Source: Opitutales bacterium
GTDB lineage: Bacteria > Verrucomicrobiota > Verrucomicrobiia > Opitutales > UBA953
DNA length: 40,000 nucleotides
Direction of reading: 5' to 3'
Assembly (NCBI GenBank): GCA_017531845.1
Contig: JAFXKI010000003.1
Span: 160,354-200,353 of the forward strand
Below are positions 1-11,765 of this stretch, piece after piece. The notes under the pieces were generated by a model. It searched no databases and had not been told where the DNA came from. It worked only from the letters and a program-made list of their open reading frames with translations. The stretch's first letter is position 1. Every line of letters begins with the position of its first letter. A program made the position numbers and the translations under genes.

Positions 1-1561
<1,561 letters not shown>

Positions 1562-1747
1562 TTTGAAAAAGCTGATGTTTCCATTTATCGCCGAAAACCC
1601 CGCGAAACGCAACACCGGGAAGCCGACGGGAACGCAAAGCCGCAGAAGCTTTTGTTTTAACCACGGAATACGCGGAAATACACGGATTTGTTTTCGACTC
1701 AACGAACAGAGATTTTTTAACGAAAAAAAAATCTCCGTTTCTAATTT

Positions 1748-4030
1748 TTAATCATTTTCCGTATCTTTTATCGAGGAAGCCGTCAGTTTTTCCAATACAC
1801 GCTGAGCATCTTTGTGTCCCTGCTCCGCCGCCAAGCGGAAAAGCTCTACCGCTTTCGCCTTATCCTCGGGAACGCCGTTCCCGTGGAAATAAAGACGCCC
1901 CAAGTCATATTGTCCGGACGGATGCCCGAGTGCCGCCGATTTTTCGAACCATTTTGCGGCTTCTTCCGGTTTGCCTTCGTCTTCCCAAAACGTTCCATAC
2001 ATCGAGCGATACACGCCGGCGCGTTCCGCAGGAAGTTTTTCGGAATCATTATCGTCCGGCTCCGTTTCGGCAAGTTGACGCAACCAATAAATGCCTTTTT
2101 CTTTATCAACCTCAATTCCGTATCGCCCGAAATAGTAAATATCGAACAGTGCTCCCTGCGCCATCCACCAACCGCCCTTGGCGGAACGTTCAATCCATTC
2201 CAGCCCGTCTTCCGTGCGGACGGGACCGACGTCGCCGCTAAGGCAAATAAGCCCGGCTTGCAATTGCCCGCGCAAATGCCCGCCTTCGGCAGATTTCTCA
2301 TACCATTTTGCCGAGCACTCCGGATCCGGAGCCACGCCGATTCCGTCCGCGTAACACCGCCCGATACGAAACTGCGCTTCGGCGTTCCCGCGATAAGCCG
2401 CCTCTTCATACATCTCTGCCGCGCGTGCTAAGTCTTTTTCAACCCCTTTTCCGGCTTCGTAGGCACATCCGAGACTGAAAAATGCATCCGGAAAACCGCT
2501 TTCTGCCGCAAGGCTAAACCAGCGCACGGCTTCTCCGGCGGTAGCGGGCGAATCGCCTTCGTTGTAATAATGCACGCCCAATCGCCACTGTGCAAACGGC
2601 TCGCCCTGCTCCGCCGATTTTTTCAAATACTCGACACCGAGCGATTCGTTTTCCTCTTTCAAGTAGTATAGACCCAAGATGCTTTGTGCGGTGCCGTTGC
2701 CCTGAACAGAGGCTTTTTTTGCCCAAACGAATGCTTCTTCACCGTTCCCGCGATTCCAATAAATACTCGCAAGTTCGGCTTGAGCTTCCGCGTCGCCGAC
2801 ATCGGCGGCACGGCGATACCACGCAATCGCTTTTTCCTCGTCGACGGGAACGCCCCTGCCGAGACGGTAAATTTCGCCCAAGGCTTTCTGTGCGGCCGTT
2901 TCACCGGATTCTGCGGCGCGTTCCAAATTTTTAAACGCCGCTTCCATGTCGTTTAGTAACGGTGTCCAAAACTCCTCGCGCGCATTTTCGTAGCCGTGAA
3001 CATGGGCACGAATCATCCACCGCAAGCCTTCCGTCATGTCTGCGGGAACGCCGTCTCCGTCACGATAAGCAACGGCGAGTGCCATTTGCGCTCCCGCGTG
3101 GTTTTGCTCGGCGGCTTTTTTAAACCATTCCAAGGCTTTCGCCTTATCTGCGGGAACACCGGTGCCGTCTCGATAGCATTGAGCCAAACTGTGTTGCGCA
3201 CGCGGGTCTCCCTGTTCCGCCGCTTTGGTCCACCATTCCGTCGCTTTTTCGTAGCTTTGTTCAACAAGCTTGCCGATGAAATAATAATGCGCCAAATAGC
3301 CCTGTGCGTCCGCGAGTCCGCTTTCGGCGGCTTTCTTCAACCACTCCGAAGCTTCGAGCGAATCCCCGGGAACGGCAAGTCCGGAGGCATACACCATCGC
3401 AAGGCAAAACTGCGCTTCGGCGTTCCCGCTCTCCGCAGCGGCACGATACCACGTCGCAGCGAGTTCGTAATTTTGTTCGACAAATTCGCCGTCGCAATAC
3501 GCGTTCCCGAGCCAAATCTGAGCCGACTCATAACCGGCAATCGCCGATTCGGAAATCAAATCTAAAGCCCGAGGAACATCTGCTTCCAGACAATCCTCAA
3601 TACCCGTAACAAGATAGCAACCGAACCAAAACTGAGCAACCGGATGACCGTTTCCCGCTGCTTTTTCCCACCACTTCAACGCATCTTCAATGCGGTGTTC
3701 TCGCATATACCGTGCGGCGAGAATATTTTGCGCGTCTGCATGTTCGCTTTCCGCCGCACGAATGAGCCATTTTAAGGATTTTTCCTCGTCTCCTGTTCCC
3801 GAAAGAGCGTAATGGAGATAAAGTCGGAATTGCGCCTCCGCGTCCCCGGCTTCTGCGGCTTTCAACACGACATCAAAATCAATACCGGACTCATTTTCCG
3901 AAAAAACCGTTTCCGATGCGGGAACGCTTTCCGCCGTCCCCGAGTTTTCCTGCGCTCGGGACACGGGAACGCAAACCGCAAGCGCCAAGGCGCCGCACCA
4001 AAACATTTGTGAAATCTTAGAGAGAATCAT
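1748..4030 (-). CDS. Secreted Sel1-like repeat (SLR/TPR-like) protein, 760 aa
   Basis: N-terminal signal peptide (MILSKISQMFWCGALALAVCVPVSRAQE). It is followed by many about 36-aa units of the Sel1 type, e.g. GDAEAQFRLYLHYALSG, GNAEAQFCLAMVYASGLAVPGD, GDPRAQHSLAQCYRDGTGVPADKAKALEWFKKAAEQ. Confidence 0.9.
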   Translation of the reverse strand: MILSKISQMFWCGALALAVCVPVSRAQENSGTAESVPASETVFSENESGIDFDVVLKAAEAGDAEAQFRLYLHYALSGTGDEEKSLKWLIRAAESEHADAQNILAARYMREHRIEDALKWWEKAAGNGHPVAQFWFGCYLVTGIEDCLEADVPRALDLISESAIAGYESAQIWLGNAYCDGEFVEQNYELAATWYRAAAESGNAEAQFCLAMVYASGLAVPGDSLEASEWLKKAAESGLADAQGYLAHYYFIGKLVEQSYEKATEWWTKAAEQGDPRAQHSLAQCYRDGTGVPADKAKALEWFKKAAEQNHAGAQMALAVAYRDGDGVPADMTEGLRWMIRAHVHGYENAREEFWTPLLNDMEAAFKNLERAAESGETAAQKALGEIYRLGRGVPVDEEKAIAWYRRAADVGDAEAQAELASIYWNRGNGEEAFVWAKKASVQGNGTAQSILGLYYLKEENESLGVEYLKKSAEQGEPFAQWRLGVHYYNEGDSPATAGEAVRWFSLAAESGFPDAFFSLGCAYEAGKGVEKDLARAAEMYEEAAYRGNAEAQFRIGRCYADGIGVAPDPECSAKWYEKSAEGGHLRGQLQAGLICLSGDVGPVRTEDGLEWIERSAKGGWWMAQGALFDIYYFGRYGIEVDKEKGIYWLRQLAETEPDDNDSEKLPAERAGVYRSMYGTFWEDEGKPEEAAKWFEKSAALGHPSGQYDLGRLYFHGNGVPEDKAKAVELFRLAAEQGHKDAQRVLEKLTASSIKDTEND

Positions 4031-4363
4031 ATCTGAAAAAAAATTGCTTTTAGTAAAACGGAAGAAGCGGGAAGCATATTCCCGCCCCCGCCTCCCCGCA
4101 AAGAGAAGTTATTTACAATAACAAATCGGCTCAAAAACCCGGCAAAACACGCCATTATGAGCCGAAAACGAGAAAACGTATAAAACAAGCCGCGTTCGCA
4201 ATCAGCTACTAACGGCATTTTTTATGTGCTGTCTTCATCTCCTCCTCGGCGACGGGATCGCCGCAAGTCGGAATTTTGAAGAATTTATACTGCATGGCTT
4301 AAAAAATCGCCGGAACTTCGGAATAGCTTCGCTTCGTTGCGGGAGATTTTTAAGCTTCGGAAC

Positions 4364-4397
4364 TGCAAACAGCCGGGACGGCTGTGCTCCTTTTTTT
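4364..4397 (+). terminator. Intrinsic-terminator-like hairpin plus T7 run inside the 500-nt sel1/fic intergenic region (possible leader attenuator or sRNA 3' end)
   Basis: Stem CAGCCG/CGGCTG (4370-4384), extendable with a bulge, followed by TGCTCC and TTTTTTT (4391-4397). An upstream long-range pairing GCTTAAAAAATC (4291-4302) with GATTTTTAAGC (4344-4354) suggests a structured RNA of about 110 nt. The fic start lies 135 nt downstream. Confidence 0.45.
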
Positions 4398-4532
4398 ATT
4401 CCTTTGCGATAAAAATTGGTGAAATTTGCGGGGCAAAGCATGTATTATATCCGCAGATTTGCGGAGAAAAAGATTGATTTGCTCCGCATCTTTTGAAAAA
4501 ATCCGAGCAATAAGAAACGGGGAGAAAACACT

Positions 4533-5627
4533 ATGACTTACATTTATCAACAGGAAGGCTGGCCAAACTTTACTTGGGACAAAGCACATTTGCAGCCGTT
4601 GTTGGCAAAAGCGGAATTTACTCGCGGCGTTTTGCTCGGGCGCATGCAGGCGATCGGTTTTAATTTAAAAGGCGAAGCAACACTCAACGTACTCTCGCAG
4701 GAAATCATAAAATCCTCGGAAATCGAAGGTGAAATCCTCAACCGAGAGCAGGTGCGCTCTTCCGTCGCCCGGCGGCTGAATATCGAATTTAAGGAACAAA
4801 CGAACTCGAGCCGCTACGTTGACGGCGTGACAGAAATGATGCTCGACGCGACGCGCAATTACGAAAATCCGCTGACGCGGGAACGCCTTTTTGCGTGGCA
4901 CGCCGCCCTGTTTCCGACCGGATACAGCGGCATTCACAAAATCGATGTCGGCGCATTCCGCAGCGACAAAGACGGGAGCATGCAAGTGGTGTCTTCCCGC
5001 CGCAATCGCGAAACCGTCCACTTCGAAGCGCCGGAAGCCGCGAAACTCGAAAAGCACGTTTCCTTTTTTCTGAAATGGGCGAACAGCGCACCGCGCGACA
5101 TCGTTTCCGCGGCAATCGCACATTTGTGGTTCGTTACGCTTCATCCTTTTGACGACGGGAACGGACGCATCACGCGCGCAATCACGGAATGGATGCTTGC
5201 GCGAACGGACGATTCGGAATTTCGTTTTTACGGTTTGTCTTCCCGCATTCTTTCCGCCCGCAAGGAATACTACGCCGTTCTTGAGAAAACCCAGTGCGGC
5301 GGCTTAGATATCACGGCTTGGATTGAGTGGTTTACGGGAACGTTGCAAAAATCTCTTGAGGACGCGCTGAGGCAAACGGAATTTGTATTCCGGAAATCAA
5401 AATTCTGGCAGGAACACGAGCATATCGAATTTTCCGCACATCAGCAAAAAGTGCTGAACCGACTTTTCGACGGTTTTGAAGGCAAGCTGACTTCCGCCAA
5501 GTGGGCAAAAATCTGTAAGTGCTCACAGGATACAGCGAGCCGTGCAATTGCCGATTTAATCACCAAAGGTATTCTCCGCAAAGAAGGCTCGGGAAGAGCC
5601 ACGCACTATCTCCTAACAACTGAATAA
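4533..5627 (+). CDS. Fic family protein (AMPylase-type), with an N-terminal inhibitory helix and a C-terminal winged-helix region
   Basis: Fic active-site motif HPFDDGNGRITRA (HxFx[D/E]GNGRxxR). Inhibitory motif SSEIEG fits [S/T]xxxE[G/N]. The N-terminus MTYIYQQEGWPNFTWD is typical of the Fic N-terminal domain. Confidence 0.9.
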   Translation: MTYIYQQEGWPNFTWDKAHLQPLLAKAEFTRGVLLGRMQAIGFNLKGEATLNVLSQEIIKSSEIEGEILNREQVRSSVARRLNIEFKEQTNSSRYVDGVTEMMLDATRNYENPLTRERLFAWHAALFPTGYSGIHKIDVGAFRSDKDGSMQVVSSRRNRETVHFEAPEAAKLEKHVSFFLKWANSAPRDIVSAAIAHLWFVTLHPFDDGNGRITRAITEWMLARTDDSEFRFYGLSSRILSARKEYYAVLEKTQCGGLDITAWIEWFTGTLQKSLEDALRQTEFVFRKSKFWQEHEHIEFSAHQQKVLNRLFDGFEGKLTSAKWAKICKCSQDTASRAIADLITKGILRKEGSGRATHYLLTTE

Positions 5628-5757
5628 TATTTTACGGCAGACCCAAAGTCCCGACGGGAACGCGGGGGAGCAAATAACGTTCCCGAAAAAAGTTTTTGAA
5701 GGAGAAAAAAATCTGATAGGGTGTTCGTACTTTCACGAAAACCTTCAACTTTTACCA

Positions 5758-6213
5758 ATGATGAAAAAAGCTCTGTTTGCCCTCCTCGCTCTCGCACTAA
5801 GTTCCGTTTTGGCATTTGCCGACGGCGTTGTCGGATTTTGGACCACGATTGACGACGAAACCAAGGAAGCCAAAAGCGTCGTTCAAATTTACGAATACGA
5901 AGGAAAAATTTACGGTCGCGTCGTCGATGTTTTGAAAAACAAAAACGCGACGGCAAAAATTCCCGGCTCTCCGAAAATTCTCGGCTTGGACATTATTTGG
6001 GATTTGGAAAAAGACGGGAACGAATACAACGACGGGAAAATTTTGGATCCGCAAAAAGGCAAAGTTTACGGGTGCGCGATTTGGCGTGACGGAGAAAACC
6101 TTATCGTTCGCGGAAAAATCGCTTTCTTCGGGCGCAACCAAACCTGGCTTCCCAACAAAACCTTTAAGGGCGACGGGAAACCGCTCACACCGAAGAAGCC
6201 GAAAGTCGACTAA
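5758..6213 (+). CDS. Secreted DUF2147-like protein
   Basis: Signal peptide MMKKALFALLALALSSVLAFA, then GFWTTIDDETKEAKSVVQIYEYEGKIYGRVV...DGKILDPQKGKVYGCAIW..LIVRG. This is the pattern I associate with DUF2147 (family assignment from memory). Confidence 0.65.
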   Translation: MMKKALFALLALALSSVLAFADGVVGFWTTIDDETKEAKSVVQIYEYEGKIYGRVVDVLKNKNATAKIPGSPKILGLDIIWDLEKDGNEYNDGKILDPQKGKVYGCAIWRDGENLIVRGKIAFFGRNQTWLPNKTFKGDGKPLTPKKPKVD

Positions 6214-6228
6214 CTCTTTTCAAAAAAA

Positions 6229-6260
6229 AGCCGGAGAATAACGCCTCCGGCTTTTTTTTC
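6229..6260. terminator. Bidirectional intrinsic terminator between convergent genes
   Basis: A8 run, stem AGCCGGAG/CTCCGGCT (6229-6236 with 6245-6252), then a T8 run. It lies between the stops at 6213 (+) and 6275 (-). Confidence 0.8.
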
Positions 6261-6274
6261 TCAACGCGAGTAAT

Positions 6275-7375
6275 TTAGATTTTTTCCAGAATTGCCGCCG
6301 CCATGGCTTTGGTGCCGACGGCGTTCCCGCCGAAAGCAATGTCCGCCGTGCGCGTTCCCGCGTCGATTGTCGAACGCACCGCCGCTTCGATTTCTGCGGC
6401 AACGTCGTGCAAGCCGAAGCTGTGGCGCAACATGAGCGCGGCGGAAAGAATCTGCGCGCAGGGATTCGCCTTGTCCTGCCCGGCGATATCGGGCGCGCTC
6501 CCGCCGGACGGCTCGTAAAGCCCGAACGGGAAGCCGTAGCGGTTTTTCTGTGCGCCGAGGGATGCGGAAGAAAGCATACCGAGCGAACCGCAGACGACCG
6601 CCATTTCGTCGGACAAAATATCGCCGAACATATTTTCCGTCAGCAAAACATCGAACTGCCCGGGGTTGGCGACGAGTTGCATCGCGGCGTTATCGACGAG
6701 CAGGTGCGTCAGCGTAACGTCGGGCGCGAGCGCAGCGACGCGTTCCGTGACGATTTTGTTCCACAAAACGGAAGTTTCGAGCACGTTGGATTTATCGACG
6801 AGGCAAATCGTTTTGCGTTCCCGCCCGCGCGACGTGGCGATGGCGACATCGGTGATGCGTTCGATTTCGCTCGTGCGGTAACGCATGGTGTCGACAGCTT
6901 CGAGCTCGCCGTTCGGGAGCGTCGTCGTTTGCTTGGGTTGCCCGAAATAAATTCCGCCGGTGAGCTCGCGAATGCAGACCATGTCGATGCCGTTCGGAAT
7001 GCGCGCGGGAGCGATCGGTGAAGATTGCATGAGCGCGGGAAGCAGCAAGCCGGGGCGCACGTTTGCGAAAAGCTCGAAATTTTTGCGAAGCGGCAAAAGC
7101 GCGCCGCGTTCGGGCTGTTCGTTGCGGGGAACGTCTTTCCATTTCGGTCCGCCGACGGAGCCGAACAAAATTGCGTCCGCCGCGCGGCACGCCGCGAGCG
7201 TTTCGTCGGGAAGCGCTTTCCCGCAAGCGTCAATGCCGGCACCGCCGACGGGATGAACGGAATATTCGAGCGTATGTCCGTGTTTTTTGAGTGCCTTTTC
7301 GAGAATCGGCAACGTGGCTTCCATGACTTCCGGTCCGATGTAGTCGCCCGGCAAAACGGCAATTTTCAAATTCAT
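6275..7375 (-). CDS. leuB: 3-isopropylmalate dehydrogenase
   Basis: MNLKIAVLPGDYIGPEVM...AILFGSVGGPKW...LRKNFELFANVRP...IRELTGGIYFG...NMFGDILSD...GSAPDIAG, collinear with LeuB. Confidence 0.93.
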   Translation of the reverse strand: MNLKIAVLPGDYIGPEVMEATLPILEKALKKHGHTLEYSVHPVGGAGIDACGKALPDETLAACRAADAILFGSVGGPKWKDVPRNEQPERGALLPLRKNFELFANVRPGLLLPALMQSSPIAPARIPNGIDMVCIRELTGGIYFGQPKQTTTLPNGELEAVDTMRYRTSEIERITDVAIATSRGRERKTICLVDKSNVLETSVLWNKIVTERVAALAPDVTLTHLLVDNAAMQLVANPGQFDVLLTENMFGDILSDEMAVVCGSLGMLSSASLGAQKNRYGFPFGLYEPSGGSAPDIAGQDKANPCAQILSAALMLRHSFGLHDVAAEIEAAVRSTIDAGTRTADIAFGGNAVGTKAMAAAILEKI

Positions 7376-7645
7376 AGTGGCGGAAAAATCTACGCGCGTT
7401 CCCGCGTTCCCGCAAATTGAAATTTAGCGAACGCTGCACGTTCGCTAAATGTTTAAAAGCTGAGAAGTTTAGTCGGCTTCGCCGAAAATTTTACTTTTAT
7501 AAAAATAAAAAGATTCTTTTTCTTGTTTCGCTTGCGAAACAGCTAAACTTCCAAGCTCTTAAGCTTCTCGGCTCTTCCACTCTTGCTTAAGCACGCGGCA
7601 AATTTCAATTTTCCCTTTTACGAAAAAATACTTCAACATAAGCGT

Positions 7646-9850
7646 ATGAAAAAAATTCTCGCTCCCGCCCTGCTCGCACTATCGTTGTTTGCCGTTCCCG
7701 CAGTGCAATTGCCCGGCGGCTTGGTGCCGCTTCCCGTTTCCGTTGAAAAACCGACGGACGCTTTGCTTGTTTTGAAAAAAAACGACGAGACACCCGCCAC
7801 CGCTCATTACTCCGTAAAAAACGCGCCCGAGCTGCTCGCCTACTTTTACCAAGCGACAAAAGAACGCTACGGCGAAGAATTTTCCTGCCCGATTATTTTG
7901 GCACCGCTTGAAAATCCGAAAATCGTCAACGGGAACGCGGAAGGATACGTTCTCGAAATCGACCGAGAAAAAATCAAAATTTCCGCACAGAGCTACGCCG
8001 GACACTTTTACGGCATTCAAACGCTTCTGCAAATTCTTCCGCCGCAAGTCGACGGGAACGCGACGGAAATCAAGCTCCCCGCGCAAAAAATCGTCGATTA
8101 TCCCCGCTTCTCCTGGCGCGGATTCATGCTTGATTCCGTTCGCCACTATCAATCACCGGAATGGATTAAAAAATTTATCGATTTACTCGCTTCTCAAAAA
8201 ATCAACACCCTGCATTGGCATTTGACCGACGACCAAGGCTGGCGTATCGAAATCAAAAAATACCCCGAACTCACCCGCCGCGCCGCATGGCGCAAGCATA
8301 TCGGCTTCGGGCTGAACCCGAACCAATCTTCACACTACGACAATGCCGGCAATTACGGCGGATTTTATTCGCAGGACGAAATTCGCGAAATCGTCCGCTA
8401 CGCCGCGAGCCGCAATATCACAGTCGTTCCCGAGATAGAGCTTCCCGGACATGCCGTTGCCGCACTCTCCGTGTATCCGGAATTCGGATGCACGGGAGGG
8501 CCCTACGAAATTCGCCTCATCGGCGGTGTTTCCGAAGATGTCTACTGCGCCGGAAACGAGAAAGTTTATAAATTCTGGGAAGATATTTTTTCGGAAGTAG
8601 CCGAACTTTTTCCGGGAACGTTTATCCACGTCGGCGGTGACGAATGCCCGAAAATCCGCTGGAAAAGTTGCCCGAAATGCCAAGCCAAAATTCGCGAAGA
8701 AAATCTGAAAAACGAGCACGAACTTCAAAGCTACGTGATTCGCCGCGTGCAAAAAATCCTCGCCCGCCATGATAAACGCCTCATCGGATGGGACGAAATT
8801 CTCGAAGGCGGACTCGCGCCCGGTGCCGCCGTCATGAGCTGGCGCGGCGCAGACGGCGGGATCGCCGCCGCCCGGATGCGCCACGATGTCGTAATGTCGC
8901 CGAACTCGCATTGCTACTACGATTATTCCCAATCCCATTCCGGTGAGCCACGCTCTTTCGGCGGCTTTATTCCGCTTGAACGTGCCTATGAATTTAACCC
9001 GACTCAGGGCGTTCCCGCAGAGTTTCACGAGCACATTCTCGGCGGGCAAGCCAACCTTTGGACAGAATACATTCCGAACGAAAACCACGCGGAATACATG
9101 ATCGCACCGCGAATTTCCGCACTCGCCGAAGCCGTTTGGACTCCGCAAAAGCAACGCGACTGGGAAGATTTTCAGGAAAGAATGGTCGAACAATACAAAC
9201 GCTTCGAGCATGCCGGAATCCGGTACCGCCGCCCGGAAGGCATCCAAATCTTCCTTGAAAACAACGCAATTCGCTTTCTCCCCGATTTGAAAAATGCCGG
9301 CGTCGCCTACACTTTCGACGGAAGCGAACCTACCCTGCAATCTCCGGTTGCCGGAAACGAAAGCGTTCCCGTCCCGCCGGGCAACAACCTTCTCTGCCTG
9401 CGCGCCCGCACAATTTTTCCGGACGGCTCCCTCGGGCGCATCAACGAACGCCTGCTGAATTTGCCGAAAGCCACCATCACTTCAACCCTGCCGACCAACG
9501 GGCGCAACGTTCCCGCACGCGTTTTCGACGGTGCCCGCGAAACCGTTTTCTGGACAACCCGCGGTCCCGAGCGCGGAGACTGCCTCACAATATCTTTTGA
9601 CGAAATCCAGTCCGCAACGACCGTGCGTTGCATCACCGGAAAAAACGAAACCGGAGGCGGAGGAGACAGGCTTCACCACGGCGTTTTGGAAATTTCGCCC
9701 GACGGCGAACTTTGGCACGCCGTTGCCCGCTTCAAGGACGGTTTCGCCGAAGCAACGCTTCCGGCGGGAACGCAAATTAAAGCAATGCGAATGCGCACAA
9801 CGCTTCCGCAGGACGAATGGCTTCTTGTTCGCGAATTTGAATTACGCTAA
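7646..9850 (+). CDS. GH20 beta-N-acetylhexosaminidase with a C-terminal discoidin (F5/8 type C)-like domain
   Basis: GH20 signatures FSWRGFMLDSVRH, INTLHWHLTDDQGWRIEIKKYPELT, PEIELPGHA, HVGGDE. The track start 7583 is a TTG. The ATG at 7646 gives a signal peptide (MKKILAPALLALSLFAVPA), so it is preferred. Confidence 0.9.
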   Translation: MKKILAPALLALSLFAVPAVQLPGGLVPLPVSVEKPTDALLVLKKNDETPATAHYSVKNAPELLAYFYQATKERYGEEFSCPIILAPLENPKIVNGNAEGYVLEIDREKIKISAQSYAGHFYGIQTLLQILPPQVDGNATEIKLPAQKIVDYPRFSWRGFMLDSVRHYQSPEWIKKFIDLLASQKINTLHWHLTDDQGWRIEIKKYPELTRRAAWRKHIGFGLNPNQSSHYDNAGNYGGFYSQDEIREIVRYAASRNITVVPEIELPGHAVAALSVYPEFGCTGGPYEIRLIGGVSEDVYCAGNEKVYKFWEDIFSEVAELFPGTFIHVGGDECPKIRWKSCPKCQAKIREENLKNEHELQSYVIRRVQKILARHDKRLIGWDEILEGGLAPGAAVMSWRGADGGIAAARMRHDVVMSPNSHCYYDYSQSHSGEPRSFGGFIPLERAYEFNPTQGVPAEFHEHILGGQANLWTEYIPNENHAEYMIAPRISALAEAVWTPQKQRDWEDFQERMVEQYKRFEHAGIRYRRPEGIQIFLENNAIRFLPDLKNAGVAYTFDGSEPTLQSPVAGNESVPVPPGNNLLCLRARTIFPDGSLGRINERLLNLPKATITSTLPTNGRNVPARVFDGARETVFWTTRGPERGDCLTISFDEIQSATTVRCITGKNETGGGGDRLHHGVLEISPDGELWHAVARFKDGFAEATLPAGTQIKAMRMRTTLPQDEWLLVREFELR

Positions 9851-9851
9851 A

Positions 9852-9890
9852 ACAGAAACGCCCCGATCTTCTTCGGGGCGTTTCTGTTTT
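9852..9890 (+). terminator. Intrinsic terminator after the GH20 gene
   Basis: Stem ACAGAAACGCCCCGA/TCGGGGCGTTTCTGT followed by TTTT. Confidence 0.8.
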
Positions 9891-9930
9891 CCCTTCGCTA
9901 CCTTAAGCGGGAACGCAAAACCGGGAATGA

Positions 9931-10332
9931 TTATTGCTTGAATTTTGCTACGACTTCTGCAGGCGCAACATCGCTCTGAAGCTTCACGATTTTCGTGTTT
10001 CCTTCCCCGAAAACGACCACGCGCGGAGTCCATTTCAAAGCTTCGGCTTCTTCCATGTGCGCGAACGACATGATGACGATGAGGTCTCCGACTTTACCGA
10101 GATGGGCCACCGCTCCGTTCAGGCAAAACTCGCGGGAACCGGCGGGCGCGGGAATGGCATAAGTTTCAAAGCGATGCCCGTTGGAAATGTTTCCGACGAG
10201 AATTTTCTCATTCGGCAACATTCCGATCATTTGCATGATCTCACTATCGATGGCGAGGCTGCCCTCGTAGTGAAGCTGCGCGTCGGTTACTTCGGCGCGG
10301 AGAATTTTAGTGCGAAGAATTTCCAGTTGCAT
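9931..10332 (-). CDS. panD: Aspartate 1-decarboxylase proenzyme
   Basis: MQLEILRTKILRAEVTDAQLHYEGSLAID (self-cleavage G-S site) ...NGHRFETYAI...GSREFCLNGAVAH, collinear with E. coli PanD. Confidence 0.93.
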   Translation of the reverse strand: MQLEILRTKILRAEVTDAQLHYEGSLAIDSEIMQMIGMLPNEKILVGNISNGHRFETYAIPAPAGSREFCLNGAVAHLGKVGDLIVIMSFAHMEEAEALKWTPRVVVFGEGNTKIVKLQSDVAPAEVVAKFKQ

Positions 10333-10418
10333 GACCGTAAGAACAAATAAAGCCGCAATAGAATAACTACGGCTTGAAAATCGGCAAGCCTCCGTTTAGT
10401 TTTTTTACAATTTTATCG

Positions 10419-11606
10419 ATGGAATCTCAGCAACAGGACATGCGTTCCCTCGGCGAACGTTTTGAACAATTCGTCACGGACGTCATTTACGACCGCGCTC
10501 CCGACAGCCCGGCGGCGCGCGCGCTGGGCAGATTTTTACGCGCACTTTCCGTCCTGTTCAAGCGCGTCGTTGCCCTGCGTTTTTTCCTTTACCGCAACCG
10601 TATTCTTCGAGACACACCGCTCGGATGCAAAGTCGTCGTTGTCGGCAACCTAACGGTTGGCGGCACCGGGAAAACTCCCGTTGTCGAAAAAATGGCGCGC
10701 GTCATGGCTTCTCACGGCCGCAAGGTTGCGATTCTTTCCCGCGGCTACAAATCCAAAAAAGAACCGCTTTGGCGGCGCATTGCCCGCTGGTTTAACCTCG
10801 TTCAACGCCCGCTCCCGCGCGTGGTTTCCGACGGGAAAAACGTACTCGTCGGCGCAGACGTTGCAGGGGACGAGCCCTACATGTTGGCGCGAAATCTGGT
10901 TTCCTGCGGGGTTTGCGTCGTCGTCGACCGCGACCGCGTTTACGCCGGAGAATACGCCATTCGCCGCTTTGGCGTGGATGTCATCATTCTCGACGACGGT
11001 ATGCAATATCTGCCCTTGAGAGGATCCATCAACCTGCTTCTTGTGGATAAAACAAATCCCTTCGGGAACGGGCTCATGCTCCCGCGCGGCATTTTGCGCG
11101 AGCCGGTAGACCACCTGACACGGGGAAGCTACATTTTTCTGACAAAGTCCGACGGAAAAAATACGCAACCACTCATCGATAAGATTCACAGCTATAACAA
11201 AGACGTGGAAATTATCGAATGCACGCACCAACCTAAAAGGCTTTGCGCCGTTTTCGGAGATTTGCCGGATATTGAGTTGGAAGAAATGAAGGATCGCCGG
11301 GTCGCCACTTTCAGCGGGATCGCCACACCGGATAAATTTGAAGAATTCGTTCGGCGCTACGGAGCAAGAATCGCCTACAACCGCCGTTTTTCGGACCATC
11401 ACCGCTTTACGGAAAAAGATTTGGATGAAGTTTTTTCCGGTGCCGTTCGCGCGAATGTCGAATTTATCGTAACAACGGAAAAAGACATGGTGCGACTTTC
11501 CCGCGATCTCAAACCGCCGCTGCCGATTTACTACCTGCGCCTCGAAATCGAAATTCTCTCGGCGCACGATTCGTTTGAATCCGCCGTTACGCGCATCTGC
11601 TCGTAG
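10419..11606 (+). CDS. lpxK: Tetraacyldisaccharide 4'-kinase
   Basis: LpxK P-loop context [22 protein letters not shown], plus [22 protein letters not shown]. The track start 10374 is a TTG. The first ATG, at 10419, is preferred. Confidence 0.88.
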   Translation: MESQQQDMRSLGERFEQFVTDVIYDRAPDSPAARALGRFLRALSVLFKRVVALRFFLYRNRILRDTPLGCKVVVVGNLTVGGTGKTPVVEKMARVMASHGRKVAILSRGYKSKKEPLWRRIARWFNLVQRPLPRVVSDGKNVLVGADVAGDEPYMLARNLVSCGVCVVVDRDRVYAGEYAIRRFGVDVIILDDGMQYLPLRGSINLLLVDKTNPFGNGLMLPRGILREPVDHLTRGSYIFLTKSDGKNTQPLIDKIHSYNKDVEIIECTHQPKRLCAVFGDLPDIELEEMKDRRVATFSGIATPDKFEEFVRRYGARIAYNRRFSDHHRFTEKDLDEVFSGAVRANVEFIVTTEKDMVRLSRDLKPPLPIYYLRLEIEILSAHDSFESAVTRICS

Positions 11607-11765
11607 GCTTTTCGGGAACGGGAACGCACACGGAAATTTCCCGTCCGATACTCAATCTTATCCCGCCTCTTCGTTTGTTTTTCTTGAAAAAATACGCGGG
11701 AACGCGCATCATTCGAGCTTTCTCAAGCTTTTTCGCCGTAAAACCCTTTAGATAAGAATATACCC

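Noticed and set aside
7418-7450. T-box or Leu leader-peptide attenuator upstream of leuB
   Set aside because: A hairpin is present, but no T-box consensus (AGGGUGGNACCGCG-like) and no Leu-codon-rich mini-ORF is seen. It is reported only as a generic structured region.
8330-9340. 336-aa minus-strand ORF inside the GH20 gene; also the 305-aa ORF 10650-11567 inside lpxK and the 205-aa ORF 1814-2431 inside the Sel1 gene
   Set aside because: These are open antisense frames, typical of high-GC coding DNA. The opposite strand carries clear family signatures in each case.
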